Source of the DNA: Candidatus Latescibacterota bacterium
Lineage (GTDB): Bacteria > Latescibacterota > UBA2968
Assembly (NCBI GenBank): GCA_965207885.1
Contig: OZ242311.1
Span: forward strand, 3,776,001 to 3,840,000
DNA: 64,000 nucleotides
Direction of reading: 5' to 3'
The first letter of the stretch is position 1. Each line of letters starts with the position of its first letter. Of the stretch, positions 58,119-64,000 are shown piece after piece. The notes beneath the pieces are model-generated. The model was not told where the DNA came from. It saw only the letters and a program-made list of their open reading frames with translations, and did not search any database. A program made the translations under genes and the position numbers.

Positions 58119-60065
58119 TCAAAATACATGCACAACATGCCCCTGCCCCGGAAACCAGACCATATCTACCACAAAAGACAGCGTTACTGCCAGGGCATAT
58201 CCAACCAACAGACCTATAAAAAAAGGCTGCCACTGGCGGTACAACACCATCCCCCCTCCCTTCAGCAACAACCCCTTGATCGCCCAAACCAGAAAGGCCG
58301 AAAACGCCAGTTCTCGTGTAAAATTAGTGCCGGGAATGGTCAGCCCGATCGGGTGAAGCGGCCACCTCGGAAACCGGTAACGCAAAAAACTCAGCAGTCC
58401 CATCAGCGCGGCACCGATACCGAACAGCATCAGTCGAATACTGTCCGTACCCTGTGGCGACTTCATCTTGGCAACTGCCGCATTAAACGCCGCTTTGTTC
58501 CCGCTTCGATAGGGCCACACGTCAAAATGATAGGCTCCGTGAACATAAGCCAGGTGAAGCGTTAATACAAGCGATACCACTGCACTCAGCACCAGGCCAA
58601 ATACCACAGCCCATAGCAGAAGCCGTCGATTGCCACGCACAAAATCTGCCAGCCGTGCCCCGTGTACCAACCCGGGCATAAACAGTCCCCGGTAGGAAAC
58701 CAGCGCATAGGAAAATGCCAATGCCGTCATCGTCGCCCCCGACAGGGTGCGCGTCCCCAGAGTAGCCATCGTAAAAGCCTGACCGCTCAACGGGGTGCGC
58801 ACATAAATCAGCCCTGTCTCCGCCACGATCTTGGCTACTCCCACATACGTCACCAGCGTTGCTAAAACGCACAGAATGGCTGCGCCATAGGCCATCCCCG
58901 CCGCGTGTAGCCACAACACCAGATAACCCAGCCCTATAAACATCCCCCATACCGCCGCCCGGTAGCCCATCATCTCGTCTGCATCTCCGGCGTCCTGACC
59001 CCCTCTAAAAGCACTGCGGAATGCGGCGTAAAAGTGCCTCCGGGCCATCCACAATCCCCAGCCCACAAATACGGTCAACGCCCCGAACCCCTCCCAGCCA
59101 GCCACCTCGTATGACGAGCCCCAACTGTCGGAGATATTCAAACCAAACCCCAGCCGTCTTAAGATACCCACCTGGAATACATTCAACACATAAAAAAACC
59201 AGACGCTAAACAACACTTCCAGATTGGCAAAATACACAAACCCGATCGTAAACAGATTGAGCTTGATCCGGATTCCAGGAAAATTGCGGCCCAGTGGTAG
59301 TGACGTTCCAGACCGGTAACTGCCCGTGGGAAATTTGGGTGCCCCAGGAGAAAAATACGACAGGATGTTCCAGGCAATCATCCCAAATCCCGTCACAGCG
59401 CCCGCCCAGAACAGCCTTCCCCCAATCATCCGTATCCCGTGTTTTGGCGCCGAGACCAGATCCACCGCCACATTCGTCAGCGGATAGACCAATCGCTCGT
59501 GATCCACCCACTGTCGTCGCAACAAAACCGCCAGACAAATCGATACACACGCCGCTGCACCGATAAAACTCAACCACCAGAACAGTGGCAAAACCCACTC
59601 TCCCCACGGCACGGCCTGTCCGGGCGGTAATCCCTCAAAAAACCATGTCATCGCCTGCCGGTCTTCCGAGGGCGCCATCCACGGTCTGATGTGATTGTGC
59701 AGATAAGGTGCCCACCCATTCTCCGGCGTAGCAAAATAAAATGGTGCCGCAAGAATCCCCAACAAATATCCCGGTAGTCCGTCCGCCGCCGGGATCACCG
59801 CACTGGCCAACCCCATCGTCAACGCCACCAGCAAATCCGAACGCCCGAATGCCCACTCGGGTTTCCGCGCTTTGAGCACCGGATTCACAATCAGGGCACA
59901 CAGTACAAAGGGGACAAATAGGGCCAGCGCAAAATTGCTCATGTTCAACCGGGAGGCCCGCACAATAAACTCAGAATAGGTAGCCCAAACACTCACCAGC
60001 ACAACAAAAAACGATCCCAGTACCACCGCACGAACCTTAAACCGATCGTCTCGCACCTGCCCCAT
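58119..60065 (-). CDS. DUF6785/DUF6784-type multi-pass membrane protein (putative transporter)
   Basis: 'YFATPENGW', 'RRQWVDHERLVYPL', 'FSVWFF', 'WPLHPIG', 'PFFIGL..G'. Confidence 0.75.
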   Translation of the reverse strand: MGQVRDDRFKVRAVVLGSFFVVLVSVWATYSEFIVRASRLNMSNFALALFVPFVLCALIVNPVLKARKPEWAFGRSDLLVALTMGLASAVIPAADGLPGYLLGILAAPFYFATPENGWAPYLHNHIRPWMAPSEDRQAMTWFFEGLPPGQAVPWGEWVLPLFWWLSFIGAAACVSICLAVLLRRQWVDHERLVYPLTNVAVDLVSAPKHGIRMIGGRLFWAGAVTGFGMIAWNILSYFSPGAPKFPTGSYRSGTSLPLGRNFPGIRIKLNLFTIGFVYFANLEVLFSVWFFYVLNVFQVGILRRLGFGLNISDSWGSSYEVAGWEGFGALTVFVGWGLWMARRHFYAAFRSAFRGGQDAGDADEMMGYRAAVWGMFIGLGYLVLWLHAAGMAYGAAILCVLATLVTYVGVAKIVAETGLIYVRTPLSGQAFTMATLGTRTLSGATMTALAFSYALVSYRGLFMPGLVHGARLADFVRGNRRLLLWAVVFGLVLSAVVSLVLTLHLAYVHGAYHFDVWPYRSGNKAAFNAAVAKMKSPQGTDSIRLMLFGIGAALMGLLSFLRYRFPRWPLHPIGLTIPGTNFTRELAFSAFLVWAIKGLLLKGGGMVLYRQWQPFFIGLLVGYALAVTLSFVVDMVWFPGQGHVVHVF

Positions 60066-62201
60066 TTATTTTACCTCAACGCCCCTCAACGTCTCAATCC
60101 GCCAGCCAAATTCCTCCTCCAATTCTTTTGTCCATCCCAGCTTTAGAAACGCGATCTGCCCCTCTCGATTGAGAAACCAGGTTGTGGGAAAGCCCTGAAT
60201 CCCCGCTTTATTCACATATCCGTCATCGAGCAAAACCGGAAAAGTATAACCCTTTTCCTCCATCCACGGAGGTACTGAATCGGAATTGCGATCATTATTA
60301 ATCGTCAAAATCGCCACATCGGGATCGCCCTTGTAATGCTCGTACAAATTCTGAAACTCCGGCATCTCTTTCACACACCACCCACACCAGATACCCCAAA
60401 AATTGATCGCCACGACCTTGCCCTTCAAAGAAGTTAGCGATACTTGCTTACCCTTTAGAGTCTTCAAATTGAACGCAAGCGCGGGCTCTGGAGCCTCAAT
60501 CCGAGAAGACAGAACCTCCTGCTTTCGCGTTTCTCGATCTGATGCTATTAAAGGCTTTAAGTAATATTCGTACCCATCCAAACTCCCGTGTCGCTTCAAA
60601 TAGAGTGACTTTAGAGCCTGGTCATTGGGATTTTTACCCGACGATGAGATTGCTATACCCATTTTGTAAAATATTTCCGCCTGATCGAAATTGTCCATCG
60701 CCTCGTAAACTTGACCCAAATGGTAAAGCGTGTCCTCATCTTTGGAATTCAGCTCATGGGCACGCATCAATTCTCGCTCGGCATCTTCCAAACGCCCTTC
60801 CTGAAAAAATACCCATCCGAGGGCATCCGCCATCAATCCGGTCATCCCATTTATGGCCTGTTGATACTCTTCCTCTGAGTCGAAGTAACTCCTCTGACTT
60901 TTTAGTTTTTCCCGTCCCGCCGCAACACCATCCCGGGCAATCTGCTCGGCCTCTCGGTAATACGATGTGCGTTCCGCCAGCGTCATCGCACCCATTGGAA
61001 ATATAATGCCTGGACGGTCGCCTTCATATTTTATCATCCCCTGCACCACATCCAGAAGTTCTTTCGCCGATACCGTAGAATCCTCTCGAATGTCGAGGAG
61101 AAGCCCCTTATACATATATCCCAGCATTTTCTTATTGTGGTGTCGGGGCCGTGCGATAAATGCCCTCAGCAAATTCCGAAACTCTGCTGCTTGCTCCGAG
61201 TCCTGGAAACCCTCCTCACCAGCAATAGCCCGCATCGTAAGACAACGATACACCAATACCTCCTCTGCCTCCGCACTTTCGCCATAGGTACTGAGGATGC
61301 GGTCTCCTACCATTTTTGTCTTTTCTACATCTTCCAGTGCCAAATAAAAGTCGTGCAATGTCTTTAGAGAAACCACATCTACCCCGCGCGCTTGCACAAA
61401 CGCATCGGCATCAGCCTCAATCTCTGCGATTTTCTCTGCTTCAGACTTATTTTTAAGTCGCTCAACCGCCCGCCAGTACCGCTGATGCACCTTCGTGTCT
61501 GTGGATGCCAATTGGGCTGCTTTCTGGTATAGCGGATAAGCTTCATCATAACGACCCACCAAATACAGATAATACGCCGGTCGAAAATAGCCATTTGCAT
61601 TGACGGGATCGGCTTGGCGCGCTTCTGCAAATACCTTCAGGCAAGCCTCAAATCTTTCATTGTTTTTTCCCCTCTCAGAAGTATAGTACAGGGCATTCCC
61701 CTTAACAACCAGAAGCCTGGCGGGATTCTCGACCCGCGTTTTATACTCATCTACAAAGGTAATCGCATTCTCTTTATTACTTCCATACAGCACATCTGCT
61801 CTTATATTGATGACATCCGCATGGTCGGGCAACATCTCTAAGGCTCTTTCACTGGCTAAAAGCGCCTCATCCCTGCGCTCTTTACCAAGTCGATCAAGTG
61901 CGCTCGCAAGCGCGACCCAACCCCACGCACTATTTTCAGGAGACGCGACCATCTCTTCAGCGGCGGCAACTGCTTCCTCTTTGTTCTCCGCCGCCATGTG
62001 ATGGATAAACCAGGCGCGCAGATGCAAATTATCCGGAAACCGTTCGACCAGCTTTTTCCCCTCGACATATCCATCTTTATGATTCCGTGCCATTCTCAGA
62101 GATCTCAACTTCGCAATCGCCTCTTCTGCTGTATCTTGTCCCTGAAGGGGAATAGGACACAGACAACAAAATAGAAGATATAGGACCCATCGATTCATCA
62201 T
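60066..62201 (-). CDS. Exported TPR protein with C-terminal TlpA-like redoxin domain
   Basis: Signal peptide, TPRs ('DALGWVFF..GRLEDA'), 'LKGKVVAINFWGIWCGWCVKEMP', 'GFPTT'. Confidence 0.88.
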   Translation of the reverse strand: MMNRWVLYLLFCCLCPIPLQGQDTAEEAIAKLRSLRMARNHKDGYVEGKKLVERFPDNLHLRAWFIHHMAAENKEEAVAAAEEMVASPENSAWGWVALASALDRLGKERRDEALLASERALEMLPDHADVINIRADVLYGSNKENAITFVDEYKTRVENPARLLVVKGNALYYTSERGKNNERFEACLKVFAEARQADPVNANGYFRPAYYLYLVGRYDEAYPLYQKAAQLASTDTKVHQRYWRAVERLKNKSEAEKIAEIEADADAFVQARGVDVVSLKTLHDFYLALEDVEKTKMVGDRILSTYGESAEAEEVLVYRCLTMRAIAGEEGFQDSEQAAEFRNLLRAFIARPRHHNKKMLGYMYKGLLLDIREDSTVSAKELLDVVQGMIKYEGDRPGIIFPMGAMTLAERTSYYREAEQIARDGVAAGREKLKSQRSYFDSEEEYQQAINGMTGLMADALGWVFFQEGRLEDAERELMRAHELNSKDEDTLYHLGQVYEAMDNFDQAEIFYKMGIAISSSGKNPNDQALKSLYLKRHGSLDGYEYYLKPLIASDRETRKQEVLSSRIEAPEPALAFNLKTLKGKQVSLTSLKGKVVAINFWGIWCGWCVKEMPEFQNLYEHYKGDPDVAILTINNDRNSDSVPPWMEEKGYTFPVLLDDGYVNKAGIQGFPTTWFLNREGQIAFLKLGWTKELEEEFGWRIETLRGVEVK

Positions 62202-62240
62202 AAGACACCTCCTTAAATGACCTCCACAACATCATCTCCG

Positions 62241-63200
62241 CTACTCGGTTTGCCTCGGCGACCAGCGAGGCGCAGAGACCTCCATATCCACAGAAACTTC
62301 ATGCAAATCCGTGCCATCGGCATTTATCATCATCAACCTGTGTTCCAGACCACCCTGTCTCTCGTGGGTTCGCCGCACTTCAAAAGCAATTCTTTGACCG
62401 TCGGGAGACCAAGTAGGAGAAAAAAAAGCTACTGTAGAACTCGCATCCAAGGTCAACCGTCGCACCATAGCCCCATCGGAACCCATAGTATAAATCTCGC
62501 ACTCAGGGAACTGATTTCGCACCTGTGGTTGATGCCGATTTGATACAAATGCAATGCGCGTTCCATCAGGCGACCAGGCCGGGTGAATATTCTGAACACC
62601 ATTGAAATCCGTCAGCCTGACGCGGTTAGAACCATCTGCATCCATGATCAAAATGTCGATATTGTTCCCCTGACGCGCTTGAAAAGCAATCCTGCGCCCA
62701 TCGGGTGACCAGTCCGGTGCTTCATCACTACTGGGAGAATTTGTCAGATTTTGCAATCCTGTCCCATCGAGGTTAACCGTGTAGATATCCCATCTATCTC
62801 TATTATCCTTCTGCGCCTGAAAAGCGATCTTTCCACCATCGGGAGACCAGACTGGACCGAGGTCGGGACCGGGCAAATCAACCACCTTCTGTATGTCTCC
62901 ATCCTCCAGATTAAAAATATAAATATCGAAATTCCCGACGGCATCCCGGTTTGAAGCAAATGCAACGCGCCGCGCATTCGGAGACCAGGAGGGATTGGTA
63001 TAGCCCCCCTGCTCGCTCGTAAGCCTCATCAAACCTTCGCCATCGGGACGCATCACAAAAATTTTGAATGTCCTGAAATCTCCCGGTCCCACAAACGCAA
63101 TGCGGCCCTCAACAGTTGAATAATCGGAATCCAGCAGATCGGGGCCAGCACAATGAAGCAGGGGAAAAAACAGAAGATACAATATCCACTGGTTTCTCAC
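62241..63200 (-). CDS. TolB-like PD40-repeat beta-propeller (possible lipoprotein)
   Basis: Five 'P.WSP(D/N)G/A..IAF' repeats, 'LLHC', AGGAGG RBS, GTG start. Confidence 0.88.
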   Translation of the reverse strand: MRNQWILYLLFFPLLHCAGPDLLDSDYSTVEGRIAFVGPGDFRTFKIFVMRPDGEGLMRLTSEQGGYTNPSWSPNARRVAFASNRDAVGNFDIYIFNLEDGDIQKVVDLPGPDLGPVWSPDGGKIAFQAQKDNRDRWDIYTVNLDGTGLQNLTNSPSSDEAPDWSPDGRRIAFQARQGNNIDILIMDADGSNRVRLTDFNGVQNIHPAWSPDGTRIAFVSNRHQPQVRNQFPECEIYTMGSDGAMVRRLTLDASSTVAFFSPTWSPDGQRIAFEVRRTHERQGGLEHRLMMINADGTDLHEVSVDMEVSAPRWSPRQTE

Positions 63201-63224
63201 AGCACACCTCCTGCGCGGCTGATG

Positions 63225-64000
63225 CTATGCTGGCGCGCCAAATGCCAGAATCTTCCGCCGGTCGTAAATCAGCACCTCATCTCTTCCGTCCCCATCTATG
63301 TCCAACACCATCGCGCCATATCCGATCCCATAATCGTACGCCCGAAATCCCCGGATGCGCTGTTTGGGCTGTTTGAAATCCTCTCGAAAGGGAAATTCCA
63401 TCACCCGGTTGCCATCTCCATCCATCAGAAACGGCCAGTAAAGATGTGTATCTTCTGGCTCGCTATCATAAGGCACGTCCTCCTGTTGTTTCTTCAAGGC
63501 CGGGGCATAAATCACCAGATCCAGTCCGTCATCCCGCCAGCCGCGCACAGCGTGTTGAGCGTATCCCACACCGGATTTTTGCCACAGTGCCTGTCCATCG
63601 GGCGTATAACACGTCATCCCAATCCACTTTTCATTCAAAATCATCGTCTGTCCATCTATATCACTGCGAAAACGCCCCACCGTCGTATTCTGCGAATGCT
63701 CATGAGGGCGTCTCCATATCACCTCGCCCTGCGTATTCGCCACAAAAAAATCCTTGCTACCCGAATACGCAATCTCAATCTCGCCATCCCCATTCAGATC
63801 CACCGGATTGATATTGTCCGCATGCTCTTTCGTGGCATTTTCCACTGGAATCGACCACAACAAAGTCCCGTCGCTATCCACCAGATTATACCCGATCAAC
63901 ATCTCGTCACACCCGTCGCCATCCACATCGATCAACACCGGCGCATGGCCCGCCCCGTGATAATGCGGCGTCATCCACAACTCCGACAAATCGCTATCCA
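63225..64000 (-). CDS. PL11-like FG-GAP propeller protein, 5'-truncated (paralog of 56062-58044)
   Basis: Frame is open to the window end. 'DVDGDGCDEMLIGY', 'HAD', 'GRFRSD', 'DIDGDGRDEVL'. Confidence 0.65.
   Translation of the reverse strand, partial: DSDLSELWMTPHYHGAGHAPVLIDVDGDGCDEMLIGYNLVDSDGTLLWSIPVENATKEHADNINPVDLNGDGEIEIAYSGSKDFFVANTQGEVIWRRPHEHSQNTTVGRFRSDIDGQTMILNEKWIGMTCYTPDGQALWQKSGVGYAQHAVRGWRDDGLDLVIYAPALKKQQEDVPYDSEPEDTHLYWPFLMDGDGNRVMEFPFREDFKQPKQRIRGFRAYDYGIGYGAMVLDIDGDGRDEVLIYDRRKILAFGAPA

Noticed and set aside
62241-63200. tolB of the Tol-Pal system
   Set aside because: No TolB N-terminal domain and no tolQRA or pal neighbours.

Overview
Gene-dense bacterial chromosomal window with about 50 CDS and 3 tRNAs. 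I saw no rRNA, CRISPR array, integrase, transposase or phage genes. The organism is probably a diderm heterotroph of the Latescibacterota/Poribacteria type; this is inferred from the paired 'DFDGD..IGFSDF..FA..FG' EF-hand/dockerin-like tag, a DUF6785-type transporter, sulfatases and many FG-GAP proteins. Left part: 7TM-HD (PgpH-like), ybeY, CorC/HlyC, tRNA-fMet, two sigma54-preceded beta-barrel genes, nrdR, a tetraheme cytochrome c, tRNA-His/Arg, TetR, an HD dNTPase-like gene and an M23 peptidase. Middle: catabolic and transport genes (BNR, DHDPS-like, propeller-YjgN + M48, two sulfatases, PhyH, SDR, sugar ABC, HOT, SSS, enolase-family, ABC + DUF1854, RND, bactofilin, LecA-like + NMT1 ABC). 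Right: a >19 kb tightly packed minus-strand run. Best candidates for undescribed biology are (1) a coupled TPR/FG-GAP/ASPIC lipoprotein + UnbV/CRTAC1 + FMN-less RnfD/NqrB-like (UnbU-like) module with no enediyne PKS or rnf/nqr partners in the window; (2) a sensor-type beta-propeller fused to YjgN/DUF898 next to an M48 protease, frameshifted at a 5-bp repeat; (3) a monocistronic nrdR whose consensus promoter carries two NrdR boxes 31 bp apart; (4) a stand-alone PufC-like tetraheme cytochrome. All family calls come from motif recognition by eye; no database searches were run.
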